DNA of 64,000 nucleotides, from positions 512,001 through 576,000 of the forward strand of contig CAWCFX010000001.1 in NCBI GenBank assembly GCA_963795085.1. Reading direction: 5' to 3'. The notes beneath the pieces are model-generated. The model saw only the letters and a program-made list of their open reading frames with translations. It was not told the DNA's origin and made no database searches. Made by a program: the position numbers and the translations under genes. This document shows positions 20,281 through 32,238 of the stretch, piece after piece; within the stretch, counting starts at the first letter, position 1; every line of letters starts with the position of its first letter. This DNA comes from an uncultured Gemmatimonadales bacterium. Its GTDB lineage: Bacteria; Gemmatimonadota; Gemmatimonadetes; Gemmatimonadales; GWC2-71-9.

Positions 20281-20520
20281 TGGTTACGGGGCACCTTGTG
20301 GTTGCGAGCGGAGGTATCCGGCCCGGCACCACCCTGGGCACCGATCGGCAATCGGCAGTCTGCGATCGGCTTCGATGGTTGGGGTAACAGCGGAGTCCGC
20401 GGAGGACATCGCGACATCAGCGGTGCGACCAGGCACGAAGCATCGGCCCGGGCGATATCTGTGTTGATGCGGTTCAGCACTCGTCGAATCTGCCAATCCC
20501 AAATCCCTGATCCGAAGTCC

Positions 20521-21798
20521 CTACCCCCCCAGCTCCCGCCGCGCTTCCGCCGCCGGCAGGGCCACCAGCTGGAACAGCCCCTCGATCGGCCTCTGGGCTT
20601 CCCGCGCCACGAACACCCGGAACCGGCGGGCGCTCTGGTACAGTTCCTCCGCCACCCGGGGCAGCCCCAGCTGGCCTTCCCGCCCCGCCGAGGTGAGCCG
20701 CTCGGCGCCGCCCTCCCGGGTGCGAAGCGGAAGGTTCACATCCAGCATGGAAGGCCGCGCCGGGAAATCAATCAGCAGCTCGTCGGGACCCAGGCCCGCC
20801 CGCTCGGCGACGGTGTTTTCCAGCCGTTCCAGGAGGTCCGCGTCCTCCCAGAGCCAGGGCTGGACGTCGGCGGGCACATCGCTGGCCGGCAGGTCCAGCG
20901 CCCGCTTGAACAGCCGCCGGCCGTGGACCGCCGCGGCCAGGCCGGTCGGGTCAATCGGAAAGAGCCGCTCCATGAGGCCGCCATCGGTGGTCCGGGCGAT
21001 CTCCTGCCGGGTGATGCCGCCGGTCGCGACCGCCGCCCGGACCGCCCGCTTGAACATGCAGGTGGCCGACCGGACCGCGTGGTGCCAGTACACGTTGCGG
21101 TACATCTGGTACTTGGCGAAGAGCAGCGACTCCAGCGCACTCACGCCTTTCTCGTGCACGCCGACCTCGTGCCCGGCCGGGGTCTCCACCAGGCTCAGCG
21201 CCGCCAGCAGCCGGTCCACGTCCACCGCTCCGTACGGCACGCCGCACATCCGGGCGTCCCGGCTCAGATATTCGATCTTGTCCAGGTCCAGCGAGCCGGA
21301 GATGAGGCCGCCGAGCGGGCTCACGCTCCGCCCCTGGATCAGGGCCCCCACTTCCTGGCCCAGCCCGGTCACCCCGAAGCCGGCGATTGCCTCGCCCAGT
21401 TCTCCCTCGGTGAGCAGGGCGACGCCCAGCTCCTCGTGATGGGGGAAGCCCGCCTCCTCCAGCGCATGGGAGAACGGGTAGTGCCCGATATCATGCAGCA
21501 GCGCCGCCAGCCGCACCGCCAGCTGCCGCTCGGCGGGCACCGCATCCAGCTCGCCACGTTCATCCAGCGCGGCCAGCGCCAGCTTGGTCAGGTGGTAGGT
21601 GCCGAGGGCGTGTTCGAAGCGGGAGTGGGTGGCGCCGGGATAGACCAGGAAGGCGTGGCCCAGTTGCCGGATGTAGCGCAGCCGCTGGACCGGGGGAGAA
21701 TCCACCAGCCGTAGAACGCCGCGATCCACCCGGATGTTGTCCCAGAGTGGATCGCGCACGATCTCGAAGTCGAGCGGCCGGCCGGACACCGGGGTCAA
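20521..21798 (-). CDS. HD-domain phosphohydrolase (dNTP triphosphohydrolase / SAMHD1-like family)
   Basis: [50 protein letters not shown]; start TTG 21798 or GTG 21789. Confidence 0.88.
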   Translation of the reverse strand: MTPVSGRPLDFEIVRDPLWDNIRVDRGVLRLVDSPPVQRLRYIRQLGHAFLVYPGATHSRFEHALGTYHLTKLALAALDERGELDAVPAERQLAVRLAALLHDIGHYPFSHALEEAGFPHHEELGVALLTEGELGEAIAGFGVTGLGQEVGALIQGRSVSPLGGLISGSLDLDKIEYLSRDARMCGVPYGAVDVDRLLAALSLVETPAGHEVGVHEKGVSALESLLFAKYQMYRNVYWHHAVRSATCMFKRAVRAAVATGGITRQEIARTTDGGLMERLFPIDPTGLAAAVHGRRLFKRALDLPASDVPADVQPWLWEDADLLERLENTVAERAGLGPDELLIDFPARPSMLDVNLPLRTREGGAERLTSAGREGQLGLPRVAEELYQSARRFRVFVAREAQRPIEGLFQLVALPAAEARRELGG

Positions 21799-21799
21799 C

Positions 21800-23399
<1,600 letters not shown>

Positions 23400-23570
23400 G
23401 GGTCCTTCTGCGCATCGGCGCGTTCGAGGATTCAGCGGCCGGGTCCAGGGTCCGCCGTCAGCGAACAATAGCGGGGGGAGAAAGATCAGCGGAAGGGCGG
23501 CGGGCCGCAACTGCGGGGCCCGGGGCAAGGGGCGCAAACGCAGGCGGGGTAATGGGTTGGGGGAAGAGTT

Positions 23571-23622
23571 CAGAGTGCAGAGTACAGAGTACAGAGTACA
23601 GAGTGCAGAGTGCACTCTGCAC
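23571..23622. repeat. Heptamer tract (CAGAGTR)n ending in an inverted copy
   Basis: CAGAGTGCAGAGTACAGAGTAC...GCACTCTGCAC. Confidence 0.8.
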
Positions 23623-24285
23623 TTATTCTCCCGGCACCATGTCCGCCTCGCGGTGGTAGAGCGCCTCGATGGTGGCGATGTCGCGGTCGCTCAGGCCGGT
23701 GGCCACCGGGTCCGCGAACATGATGTCGGCGGGGTCGGCGCTGTGCTGGAAGAGGCCCATGGAGTGGCCCATCTCGTGGATGGCGGTCAGGCCGAGGCAG
23801 AGATCCATGTTGGGGTCGCCGGGAATCCTGGGATTCAGGTAGATCCGCACCGGGAGCCGGAGTTCCCGGCGGGTGGCCACGGTGTCAATGTCGGTGGCGC
23901 CCTCGCACTCCGGCCGTCGGCTGTGGAAGCGGAACACGGGAAACGGCTTGGTCGGCGCCTGCTGCACCCGCACGATGACATCGGCGGCATTGGAATCGGT
24001 CACGATCCGGGCATCCCACTCGCCGTAGAGGAACGCAGCCTTCCACGCCGCGATGGCCTGCCGGGCGTGCCCGGGTACGCCCAGGCTGTCCTCGACCCAG
24101 TAGCGGACCGGTTGAAACGACGCCGGCCAGTGGAACCGGATACTGTCTATCGCCGGGGTCCCGTTGTTGTCGTAGGGGACAAACAGGCGGGACTCGTACG
24201 GCACCGGGCGGGCCGGCGCGCTCAACTCGGTGCAGCCGGCCAGGAGCAGGGCCCCCGCTAGCCGCGTCAACGTCCGTCCGGTCAT
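23623..24285 (-). CDS. Matrixin/metzincin metalloprotease lipoprotein
   Basis: LLLAGC lipobox; [12 protein letters not shown] with Met-turn DIM. Confidence 0.85.
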   Translation of the reverse strand: MTGRTLTRLAGALLLAGCTELSAPARPVPYESRLFVPYDNNGTPAIDSIRFHWPASFQPVRYWVEDSLGVPGHARQAIAAWKAAFLYGEWDARIVTDSNAADVIVRVQQAPTKPFPVFRFHSRRPECEGATDIDTVATRRELRLPVRIYLNPRIPGDPNMDLCLGLTAIHEMGHSMGLFQHSADPADIMFADPVATGLSDRDIATIEALYHREADMVPGE

Positions 24286-24878
24286 TGGAAATACCTCGTG
24301 ACACCGGCTTCCACCCCGACCCGGTGCACCGCCTGGGGGCGGGAGAAGCCGCGTGATTCCATTTCCTTGGTGATAAACTGGTGGAAGCCGTAGCGGGCCC
24401 CGAGGGCCCATTCCCAGCCGGGTGTGAGCGGCCGCCGGAACTCGACCAGGAAACTGCCGGTCAGCCGCCCCGGCCCGCCCTGGCGGAACAGGCCGTCTTT
24501 GTTTCCCGGGAGGTATTTGATGAACCCGGCGCCCGCCTGCCAGTAGAGGCCGGAGACCATCGCGGGCCCGCCGGCGGTGACGAGAATGGTGAAAGTCCGA
24601 AGCGACCCCAGGTCGGTGCTGCCGTTATCGTCTTCCGCTTCCACCGAGCTGGTGGTCAGCAACGTCGCCAGTCCCAGCCGGTACTTCGCGCCGGTGGGAA
24701 TGGAGGCGCTGAGCCCCAGGGTCGGGGCGATCCCGGTCCGGACCGCGATGGGCGTCCCGATCTCGTCCTCCGCCAGGGTCGAGGACCAGGTGGCCCCCAG
24801 CCGGGCGCCGACCTGGACCTGGGCCAGGAGCGGAGCCGGCGAGACGGCAAGGAGCGCGGCAAGGCAGAAGATTCGCAT
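24282..24878 (-). CDS. Small outer-membrane beta-barrel protein
   Basis: Signal peptide, alternating beta strands, C-terminal TRYFQ. Confidence 0.6.
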   Translation of the reverse strand: MRIFCLAALLAVSPAPLLAQVQVGARLGATWSSTLAEDEIGTPIAVRTGIAPTLGLSASIPTGAKYRLGLATLLTTSSVEAEDDNGSTDLGSLRTFTILVTAGGPAMVSGLYWQAGAGFIKYLPGNKDGLFRQGGPGRLTGSFLVEFRRPLTPGWEWALGARYGFHQFITKEMESRGFSRPQAVHRVGVEAGVTRYFQ

Positions 24879-24919
24879 GGGCGGAAAATGGGGACGTCCC
24901 GGGCGGAAAACAACGCACG

Positions 24920-25015
24920 GCGGCAAGGGGGCAAGAGGGGTAAGAGGGCAAGGTTACTCCCTCTTACCCTCCTGCCCCTTGCCCTCTTCCCCCTTCTTGC
25001 CCCCTCGCCCCCTTT
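24920..25015. repeat. Inverted pair of octamer tracts (GGGGCAAG / CTTGCCCC)
   Basis: Overlaps the nfo 3' end, giving a G/R/Q-rich tail. Confidence 0.6.
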
Positions 25016-25884
25016 CGATACCTCCGCAATCGCCTCAACATCTTCCGGTCCAGGGTCACCAGGTCATCGCCCTTGGGCGTCTCCAGCACTTTCATCACGC
25101 CGGCAAACCGCGGGTCGGTCATGATTCTCCGGAAGGGCTCCGGCCCCAGCGATCCCTCGCCGATCAGCTCGTGGCGGTCTCGGCAGGAGTGAAACGGGGT
25201 CTTGCTGTCGTTGAGGTGGATGCACCGAAGATGCTCGAGCCCGATGATCGAATCCCACCGCTCCCAGACGCCGTCGTAGTCGTGGACCAGGTCATAACCG
25301 GCCGAGAACAGGTGACAGGTGTCGGCGCAGAAGCCGACCCGGCTTCGGAGGGAGGCCGGGATCCTGGCCCGGAGTTCCGCCAGTTCCTCGAAGTTCGCCC
25401 CCAGCGCGGTGCCGCACCCCGCGGTGGTCTCCAGCAGCACCGTCACGTCTCCCACTCGTTCCAGCGCCTCCGCGCAGCGCCGGGCGTTCCGGGCCAGCCC
25501 CCGCTCCCGGTCGTCGATATAGTTGCCCGGGTGCGACACCACCGCGGTGATTTTCAGGGCCCTGCAGCGCTCCAGTTCGGCCACGAAAGACGTTGTGGAT
25601 TGGGCACTTAGGTGGGGGTCGGGGGAGGCCAGGTTTATGAGGTACGAATCGTGCGAAACCACCCCGTGGAGACCGCTCGCGGCGAGGGCGGCCTGAAACG
25701 ACTCACAGACTTCCTGGCTGATTAGCGGCTCGCGCCACTGGTTCGGGGTCTTGGTAAAGACCTGGATCGCGGTCGCCCCGATCGCCACGCCCCGTCCGGG
25801 AGCCCGGTGAACACCGCCCTGGGTGGAGACGTGCGCGCCGAGGCGTTCGTGTGCTGTCTGCTTGACACTGGTTGGCGTACGCAT
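24964..25884 (-). CDS. nfo: Endonuclease IV
   Basis: LGAHVS, HDSYLINL, LETTAG, DTCHLF, HLNDSK, DRHELIG, LETP. Confidence 0.93.
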   Translation of the reverse strand: MRTPTSVKQTAHERLGAHVSTQGGVHRAPGRGVAIGATAIQVFTKTPNQWREPLISQEVCESFQAALAASGLHGVVSHDSYLINLASPDPHLSAQSTTSFVAELERCRALKITAVVSHPGNYIDDRERGLARNARRCAEALERVGDVTVLLETTAGCGTALGANFEELAELRARIPASLRSRVGFCADTCHLFSAGYDLVHDYDGVWERWDSIIGLEHLRCIHLNDSKTPFHSCRDRHELIGEGSLGPEPFRRIMTDPRFAGVMKVLETPKGDDLVTLDRKMLRRLRRYRKGARGQEGGRGQGAGG

Positions 25885-25916
25885 ACGTTCCCCCGGCCTT
25901 GACCCCGGCATAGCCA

Positions 25917-27353
25917 TTGACTGAACAGACCCGGCCTCGCGTGTTGCTGCTTGGAGACCCCTCGGCCCGGCCGGAGGGTCTCGAACGCGCGCTGGTGCGC
26001 GGCGGCTTCCAGGTGACCGAGTCCGACCGGGTAGGAACCAGCCGGCCCTCCGGTGCGGTTCCCGACCTGATCCTGGTGACGGCCGCGGAAGCAAACACCG
26101 ACCTCAACGCCGAACTGGAGCGTCTCAAGGGCAAGCACTGGCACAGCGTGCCCACCCTGGTGCTGCTGGCCGCCGGCGACGCCGAAGCGCCTACCCGGCT
26201 GCTCAGCCTGGGCGCCTCCGACGTCATGATCAGCCCCCTCCACCTTCCCGAAGTCATCGCCCGGGCCCACGCCCGCATCCGGGGCCGCACCGACCTGGAC
26301 GGCATCCGGCAGTCCTCCGAGCAGCAGGAGCTTCTCTTCGAGATCTTCCAGGAGGCGTCCGGCGCCCTCCGGCCCGACGAGATCGTCCAGACCCTGGTGC
26401 GCCGGGTGGGCGAGGCCCTCGGCCTGGCCCGGTGTTCCTTCGTCCTGACGCCGCAGGGTGAACAGGTCGGCCGGGTGCTGGCGGTGTTTGAGAACCCCAC
26501 CGTCCGCGACCTCCAGGTGGACCTGAACCGCTATCCCGAGATCCTCGAGGCGGTGCGGACCGAGAAGCCGGTCTTCGTGAGCGACGTCCAGGAGCACCCG
26601 CTCTTTCAGGGCGTCCGGGAGCGTTGGAGCGACCAGCACATCCAGCCCGACCTGCGGAGCGTCGTCGCCCTGCCGGTCAATCTGCATGGGCGCACCTCCG
26701 GGGTCTTCCTGCTCCGCACCGGCAGCAACGACGGCGAGATCTCGGCGCAGCAGCTGGACTTCGCGGGCACGCTCTCCAAGGCCGCCACCCGGCTGCTGGA
26801 GACGGAAGAGCGCCGCGCCGGCATCTACCGGCGGCAGATGCAGGCGGGCGCTACCGATCCGCTGACCGGCTGCGGCAGCCTGGACGCCCTGGACCGCCGG
26901 ATCCGGGAAGAATTCGAACGGGCCCGCCGCTACGCGCTCAGCTTCAGCCTGATCCTGCTCGACGTGGACGAGTTGCGGACGCTCAACGACCGGTTCGGCA
27001 CGACCACCGGCGACCGGGTCCTGGTCGAGCTGGGCAGTATCCTGCAGCGGGAACTCCGGGCTCCCGATTTCGTCTCCCGCTACGGCGGCGACGAGTTCGC
27101 CCTCATCCTGCCGGAGACCGACCTCGACGGCGCCCGCCGCTCGGTCGGCCGGGTCCGTACCCGGATCTCTGCCCATCCCTTTCCCGACCTGACCCCCACC
27201 GACCGGCCCAAGCTCTCCGCCGGCATCGTCTCGTTTCCCCACCCCTCGGCGCTGCAGACCGAAGATCTCTTCGCGCTGGTCGAGGCGGCCCTGCTTCGCG
27301 GCAAGGCGCAGAAGGAAGAGCGGATCGGCACGGCGGAAAGCGTGGCGGCCTAG
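25917..27353 (+). CDS. Diguanylate cyclase (pseudo-REC + GAF + GGDEF)
   Basis: DPLTG, LNDRFG, RAPD I-site, RYGGDEF; TTG start. Confidence 0.88.
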   Translation: MTEQTRPRVLLLGDPSARPEGLERALVRGGFQVTESDRVGTSRPSGAVPDLILVTAAEANTDLNAELERLKGKHWHSVPTLVLLAAGDAEAPTRLLSLGASDVMISPLHLPEVIARAHARIRGRTDLDGIRQSSEQQELLFEIFQEASGALRPDEIVQTLVRRVGEALGLARCSFVLTPQGEQVGRVLAVFENPTVRDLQVDLNRYPEILEAVRTEKPVFVSDVQEHPLFQGVRERWSDQHIQPDLRSVVALPVNLHGRTSGVFLLRTGSNDGEISAQQLDFAGTLSKAATRLLETEERRAGIYRRQMQAGATDPLTGCGSLDALDRRIREEFERARRYALSFSLILLDVDELRTLNDRFGTTTGDRVLVELGSILQRELRAPDFVSRYGGDEFALILPETDLDGARRSVGRVRTRISAHPFPDLTPTDRPKLSAGIVSFPHPSALQTEDLFALVEAALLRGKAQKEERIGTAESVAA

Positions 27354-27386
27354 GGTACCGGGATCAGAGAGGATGTACCAGCCCGT

Positions 27387-27590
27387 CAATTCCAACATTC
27401 CCTCAATTCCAACATTCCCTCAATTCCCCCATTCCCTCAATTCCCCCATTCCCTCAATTCCAACATTCCCTCAATTCCCCCATTCCCTCAATTCCCCCAT
27501 TCCCTCAATTCCCCCATTCCCTCAATTCCCCCATTCCCTCAATTCCCCCATTCCCTCAATTCCCCCATTCCCTCAATTCCAACATTCCCC
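27387..27590. repeat. 12 x 17-bp tandem repeat CAATTCC(CC/AA)CATTCCCT
   Basis: 204 bp = 12 units, two alleles; no G on the + strand. Confidence 0.95.
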
Positions 27591-28804
27591 TAGTTCCCTC
27601 TCCTTCGCAGCCAGTCCGCCGGGTCCAGCGCGATCGAGTTTTCTCCCCGGATTTCGAAGTACAGGTGGGGTCCTTCGTCCGTCGTGGCCTCGCCCACGGT
27701 CGCGATGACCTGCCCCCGGGCGACCGAGGCGCCGACCGGCACCCGGGTCTCGCCCAGGTGCATATAGAGCGAGCGGTAGCCGTTGCCGTGCTGGAGGACC
27801 AGGGTCAGGCCGTAGGTGCCCAGCCGCTGGATATACTCGACGGTGCCGGATTCGACCGCCTTCACCATGGCGCCCGGCGGCGAGCCGATCCCGATCCCGT
27901 TCCGGAGGATGACGCCGCCGCTGGGGAGCCGGGCCCGCCCGAAGGGATAGACGATGGTGCCTTCCACCGGCCAGTCGAGCTTGCCGATGTCCGCCGTGGT
28001 GAGGGAGCCGGGTCCGCTGGGCGCCGCCCGGCCCTCACCGGCCCGGCGGTTTCGCTCCAGGGTGGCGAGCAGGTCGTTGAGCCGGGCTTCGTCGCGGTCC
28101 AGCGCGGTGAGGCGCTGGTCGGTGGTGCGGACGCTGCGCTGGGCCTGCCGCAGCCGCTGGGAGCGCTCGCTGGCCAGGTTGCCGTAGCGGCGCAGCTCCT
28201 CTTCCCGCTCTTCCCGCCGCCGGTTGAAGTCCCCCTGCACATGCACGATCTCCTGCCGCTGCCGCTGCACCCGGTCACGCAACTCCTCCACCTCGCGGAG
28301 CAGGGACCGGTCCTGCCGGCTGGTGAGATAGAGGTACTTGTAACGGCTGATCAGGTCGCCGAACGACTCGGCGGCAAGCAGCACCTGGAAATCGTAGAGG
28401 GGGCCCCGCTTGTAGATGTCCACCAGCCGGCGGGAGACCACCGCCCGCTTCTCGGCCAGGTTGTCCTCCGCCAGTGCGAGGTTGGCGCTGACCCGGTCCA
28501 GCTGGGTGTTGAGGTCGCCGATCTGCGATTCCAGCTCGTTGACGATCCGGTTGGTGGTCTGCCGCTGCCGCTCGAGGTTGCTCAGTTCCTGGTCCAGGGT
28601 GTTCACCTGGCCCTGGATCCGCTGCCGGTCCCGCTGCAACTGTTCCCGCTCCCGGCGGATCTGCTCGATCCGCTGGCGGGATTCCTCCAGTTGCTGGACC
28701 ACGTTGTTCTGGGCCAGCGCGGGAAGGGGCGACGCCGACAGCAGCAGGGCCGCCAGGACCAGGAGGGCGGGCCAGCGGAGCGCCCCGGCCCACCGCTCAC
28801 ACAT
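27590..28804 (-). CDS. envC: Murein hydrolase activator EnvC-like (coiled coil + degenerate M23)
   Basis: Signal peptide, long coiled coil, WPVEG, NGIGIG, HLYFEIR; follows ftsEX. Confidence 0.8.
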   Translation of the reverse strand: MCERWAGALRWPALLVLAALLLSASPLPALAQNNVVQQLEESRQRIEQIRREREQLQRDRQRIQGQVNTLDQELSNLERQRQTTNRIVNELESQIGDLNTQLDRVSANLALAEDNLAEKRAVVSRRLVDIYKRGPLYDFQVLLAAESFGDLISRYKYLYLTSRQDRSLLREVEELRDRVQRQRQEIVHVQGDFNRRREEREEELRRYGNLASERSQRLRQAQRSVRTTDQRLTALDRDEARLNDLLATLERNRRAGEGRAAPSGPGSLTTADIGKLDWPVEGTIVYPFGRARLPSGGVILRNGIGIGSPPGAMVKAVESGTVEYIQRLGTYGLTLVLQHGNGYRSLYMHLGETRVPVGASVARGQVIATVGEATTDEGPHLYFEIRGENSIALDPADWLRRRGN

Positions 28805-29666
28805 TCCGCAGGTGCCTTCCCACGCTGACCATGCTGGCGCCCAGGCCCAGCATGACGCCGAAGACCATGATGAGCGCGATGTGGGGGACCTCGAAGAAGA
28901 GCAGCCCCTCGAAACTGCCGGTGGTGCGCCCCTGAAAGAGGAGATAGCCCACCCAGCAGAGCAGCACCGCCAGGCCGCCGCCCAGCAGGCCCTTGATGGC
29001 GCCCTCCACCAGGAACGGCCCCCGGATAAACCAGTCGCCGGCTCCCACCAGCCGCATGATGGCGATCTCCTTGGCCCGCTGCAGCACGGTCATGCGCACC
29101 GTGGTGCCGATGATCACCACCGCGACGACCGCGAAGGCCAGCCCGATAATGAGCACCACCACCCCGGCGATGTTGCGGACCCGGTCCAGCCGCTCGATCC
29201 AGTCGCGGCCATAGCGCACGTCCTCCACGAACTGGTAGGACGAGAGCCGCTCGGCCACCGCCCGCACGTTCTCCGCGTTGCGATACCCTTCCTTGAGCCC
29301 GATCTCCAGCGAAGCGGGCAGCGGATTGACCTGGAGATCACGGTACACGTCGCGGAACTCCACCAGGTCGGTCCGGGCCCGGGCCAGCGCTTTCTCCGCG
29401 CTCACGTAGTCCACCGACTGGACCTCGGGAAACGCCGCGATGTCCTCCGACGCGGCGGCCAGCGCCTCGGCCGGGGTGCCGCGGAGCAGGTAGGCAACGA
29501 CTTCCACCCGCTCCTCCACCGTCCGGAGCGCCTGGCGGAGATTGATGGCCACCAGGCCGAAGAGCCCGACCACGAACAGTGAAAAGGCGATGGTGGTGAC
29601 GGAGAGCACGGAGAGCAGGGGAGCCCGGCGGAACGAGAGCAACGCCTCGCGAGTGACCAGTTTCAT
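28797..29666 (-). CDS. ftsX: Cell division permease FtsX
   Basis: NPLPAS, EIAIMRLVGA..FIRGPFLVEG. Confidence 0.92.
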   Translation of the reverse strand: MKLVTREALLSFRRAPLLSVLSVTTIAFSLFVVGLFGLVAINLRQALRTVEERVEVVAYLLRGTPAEALAAASEDIAAFPEVQSVDYVSAEKALARARTDLVEFRDVYRDLQVNPLPASLEIGLKEGYRNAENVRAVAERLSSYQFVEDVRYGRDWIERLDRVRNIAGVVVLIIGLAFAVVAVVIIGTTVRMTVLQRAKEIAIMRLVGAGDWFIRGPFLVEGAIKGLLGGGLAVLLCWVGYLLFQGRTTGSFEGLLFFEVPHIALIMVFGVMLGLGASMVSVGRHLRNV

Positions 29667-30355
29667 GGCAGGTCCGCCGAGCGGCCTTCGTCGAGCCCGC
29701 TGTCGAAGACGATGCTGCCCTCCCGAAGCTCGACCGTGCGATAGCTGGTCTGGCGGACCAGGTCCAGGTCGTGGGTGGCCATCACCACGCAGGTGCCCCC
29801 GGCGTTGATGTCCCGGAGCAGCTGGAACACCCCGCGGGTGGCCCGCTCGTCCAGGTTGCCGGTCGGCTCATCCGCCAGCAGGATGGCGGGGTCGTTCACC
29901 AGGGCGCGCGCGATGGCGACCCGCTGCTGCTCGCCGCCGGAGAGTTCCGTGGGAAAGGCGTTGGCCTTGCCGGCCAGGCCGACCTGGGTGAGCACCCGCT
30001 GGACCCGGGCCGGGATGACGTCCCGCCGGCTCCCGGTCACCTCGAGCGCGAAAGCCACGTTCTCCTCGGCGGTGCGATCCTCGAGCAGCCGGAAATCCTG
30101 GAACACGATTCCCAGCCGGCGCCGCAACCGCGGCACGTCGTCGGGAGCCAGGTCGGTGATCGTGAAGTTGGACACCCGCACGTCGCCCGAGGTGGGCCGC
30201 TGCTCGGCATACATGAGCTTGAGCATCGTGGACTTGCCCGCGCCCGAGTGGCCGGTCAGAAACACGAACTCACCCTTGGCGACGTGCAGGGAAGCGTCCT
30301 TGAGCGCGAACCCGCCCTTGGGGAAGGATTTGGAAACGTGGGAGAATTGGATCAC
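29663..30355 (-). CDS. ftsE: Cell division ATP-binding protein FtsE
   Basis: GHSGAGKST, VFQDFRLL, LSGGEQQR, ADEPTGNLD. Confidence 0.95.
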   Translation of the reverse strand: MIQFSHVSKSFPKGGFALKDASLHVAKGEFVFLTGHSGAGKSTMLKLMYAEQRPTSGDVRVSNFTITDLAPDDVPRLRRRLGIVFQDFRLLEDRTAEENVAFALEVTGSRRDVIPARVQRVLTQVGLAGKANAFPTELSGGEQQRVAIARALVNDPAILLADEPTGNLDERATRGVFQLLRDINAGGTCVVMATHDLDLVRQTSYRTVELREGSIVFDSGLDEGRSADLP

Positions 30356-30398
30356 AACATGAAGATAGGGATGGAGTTAGGAGAGGTACAGGGGCAAA

Positions 30399-30545
30399 GT
30401 GGGTCAATGGGTCAGTGGGTCAGTGGGTCCGAGAGTCCGAGGGTCCGAGGGTCAGTGGGTCAGAGGGTCAGAGGCAAAGGCAGGGTGCCACTGTCCCACT
30501 GTCCCACTGTCCCACTGTCCCACCGTCCCCCTGGCCCTCAGGCCC
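30399..30545. repeat. Octamer tracts (GTGGGTCA/GAGGGTCC)n then (CCACTGTC)n, inverted
   Basis: Visible 8-nt periodicity; the two tracts are near-complementary. Confidence 0.8.
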
Positions 30546-30547
30546 CC

Positions 30548-31699
30548 TTACGCAAGCGCCTGCTCGAGGTCCGCGATGATATCGTCCGCGTCCTCGATGC
30601 CGCAGGAGAGTCGCACAAAGCCATCGGGGATGCCCATCTCAGCGCGCTCCTCGGCGCTCATGTGGGAGTGGGAGGTGAGCCGCGGCTCCGAGACCAGGCT
30701 TTCCACGCCGGCCAGGCTGGGCGCGTGGGTCACCACCGAGAGCTTCTTGAGGAACCGTTCGGTGGCCTTCACGCCGCCCTTGATGACCAGTCCCATCATG
30801 CCGCCGTAGTTGTCCAGCGCCTTGTCGGCGAGTTCATGGTCGGGATGAGAGGCCAGCCCGGGATAGCTCACCCGGGCGATCCCGGGATGAGCTTCCGCCC
30901 ATTTCGCGACGGCCATGCCGTTTTTCGAGTGTCGTTCCATCCGGACACTGAGGGTGCGGAGGCCGCGGTCAATCAGCCAGGCGCTGTGGGGGTCGAGGGC
31001 CTGGCCCCAGAGCCGCATCAGCCGGGTGACCTCCTCGATGACGGGAGCGGTGCCGGCCACCGCGCCGGCGATGACATCGGTGTGGCCGTTGAGGTACTTG
31101 GTGGCGCTGGTGATGACCACATCGGCGCCGTGCTCGATGGGCCGGAAGTTGATCGGGCTCGCGAAGGTGGCATCCACCAGCAGGGCGAGCCCGAACTCTT
31201 TCGCGATCCGGGCCAGCGGGCTCAGGTCCAGCACCCGCACCTGCGGGTTGGTGGGCGTCTCGACGAAGATGGCCCGGGTGGATTTCCGGAGCGCCTTGCG
31301 CCACTGCCGGGGCTGGTCCGGGTTGGCGTAGGTCACCTCGATGCCGAAGCGGCCGAATTCCTCGTCGAACAGGCGCCGGGTGCCGCCGTAGATCCAGGCG
31401 CTGGAGACCAGGTGGTCGCCGGGCCGGAGCACCGCCAGGTGGGCCAGCGCGGTGGCGCCCATCCCGCTGGACAGGAAGAGCGCCTCGTCGGCGCCCTCGA
31501 GCAGCGCGTACTTGCGCCCGATGGTGACCACGTTGGGGTTGTTGCCGTAGCGGGTGTAGAGGACTTCTTCTTCGGAGCCCACCGGGTTGGCGAAGGTGCT
31601 GCTCTGGACCAGGGGCGGCACCACGGGGGCCCAGTCGGCGCGGCGGTGCGGCTCGCCGTGCACCGCGATGGTGGACGGCCCGTAGCGGCGGCGGCTCAT
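30548..31699 (-). CDS. PLP-dependent trans-sulfuration enzyme (Cys/Met metabolism family)
   Basis: YTRYGNNP, SSGMGA, ETPTNP, DATFASP, SATKYLNGH, SLAGVESL, RLSCGIE. Confidence 0.9.
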   Translation of the reverse strand: MSRRRYGPSTIAVHGEPHRRADWAPVVPPLVQSSTFANPVGSEEEVLYTRYGNNPNVVTIGRKYALLEGADEALFLSSGMGATALAHLAVLRPGDHLVSSAWIYGGTRRLFDEEFGRFGIEVTYANPDQPRQWRKALRKSTRAIFVETPTNPQVRVLDLSPLARIAKEFGLALLVDATFASPINFRPIEHGADVVITSATKYLNGHTDVIAGAVAGTAPVIEEVTRLMRLWGQALDPHSAWLIDRGLRTLSVRMERHSKNGMAVAKWAEAHPGIARVSYPGLASHPDHELADKALDNYGGMMGLVIKGGVKATERFLKKLSVVTHAPSLAGVESLVSEPRLTSHSHMSAEERAEMGIPDGFVRLSCGIEDADDIIADLEQALA

Positions 31700-32238
31700 T
31701 GCAGCAGCAGGGGGCAGTACGTCTCCTGCTCCTGGCGGACCAGCCGCTGCACCGCCAGCTGCCGCAGCGCGGCGAGCGCCTGGCTGAAGCTCCAGGTGAG
31801 CGCGCAGGCCAGCTCGGTCGCGGTGCAGGAGCCGTGTTCGTGAATGTGGCGGAAGGCGGTGCGCAGGTCGTCGGAGGTGTGGCCCAGCAGTACCGGGGCG
31901 GCGCCCGGCGCGGCCAGCACGGCGCAGGTGATGCCCTGGTGGTTGAGCACGTGGTCGATCGCTTCGCTCTGGTCCTCCGAGAGGCCGATCAGCAGGACGT
32001 AGCGGTCGCCGGATGTGCGGGAGCGCTGGAGCAGCTTGGCGACGATCTCGTCGGCGCAGCTGAAATCGAGGAGCCGCACCGCGGAGAAATCGAGCAGGGC
32101 GGTCAGGCAGCGGGCTTCCGCCATCGCGTCTTCCACCCGGCCCCGTACGGCGGCGCCCGTGGGACGGGTCACCAGGTCACGATACGGGGTGGCGACCGCG
32201 CCCTGGAGGATGCGATCGAGCCTGATGGTATGGATCAT
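31696..32238 (-). CDS. STAS-like (DUF4325-type) domain + C-terminal winged-helix protein
   Basis: LLDFSAVRLLDFSCADE STAS-like segment; GSCTATELACAL..ALRQL..RLV wHTH pattern. Confidence 0.65.
   Translation of the reverse strand: MIHTIRLDRILQGAVATPYRDLVTRPTGAAVRGRVEDAMAEARCLTALLDFSAVRLLDFSCADEIVAKLLQRSRTSGDRYVLLIGLSEDQSEAIDHVLNHQGITCAVLAAPGAAPVLLGHTSDDLRTAFRHIHEHGSCTATELACALTWSFSQALAALRQLAVQRLVRQEQETYCPLLLQ

Noticed and set aside
19377..20502. Short ORFs across the repeat array
   Set aside because: The 172-bp period breaks frame, the same peptide recurs in different frames, and there is no RBS or recognisable domain.
20521..21798. HD dNTPase as an anti-phage system linked to the array
   Set aside because: It is tightly coupled to pckA, has host-like composition and no defence neighbours; only adjacency links it to the array.
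27373..27708. 111-aa ORF or CRISPR at the 17-bp array
   Set aside because: It is a translation of a 17-bp tandem repeat and has no spacers.
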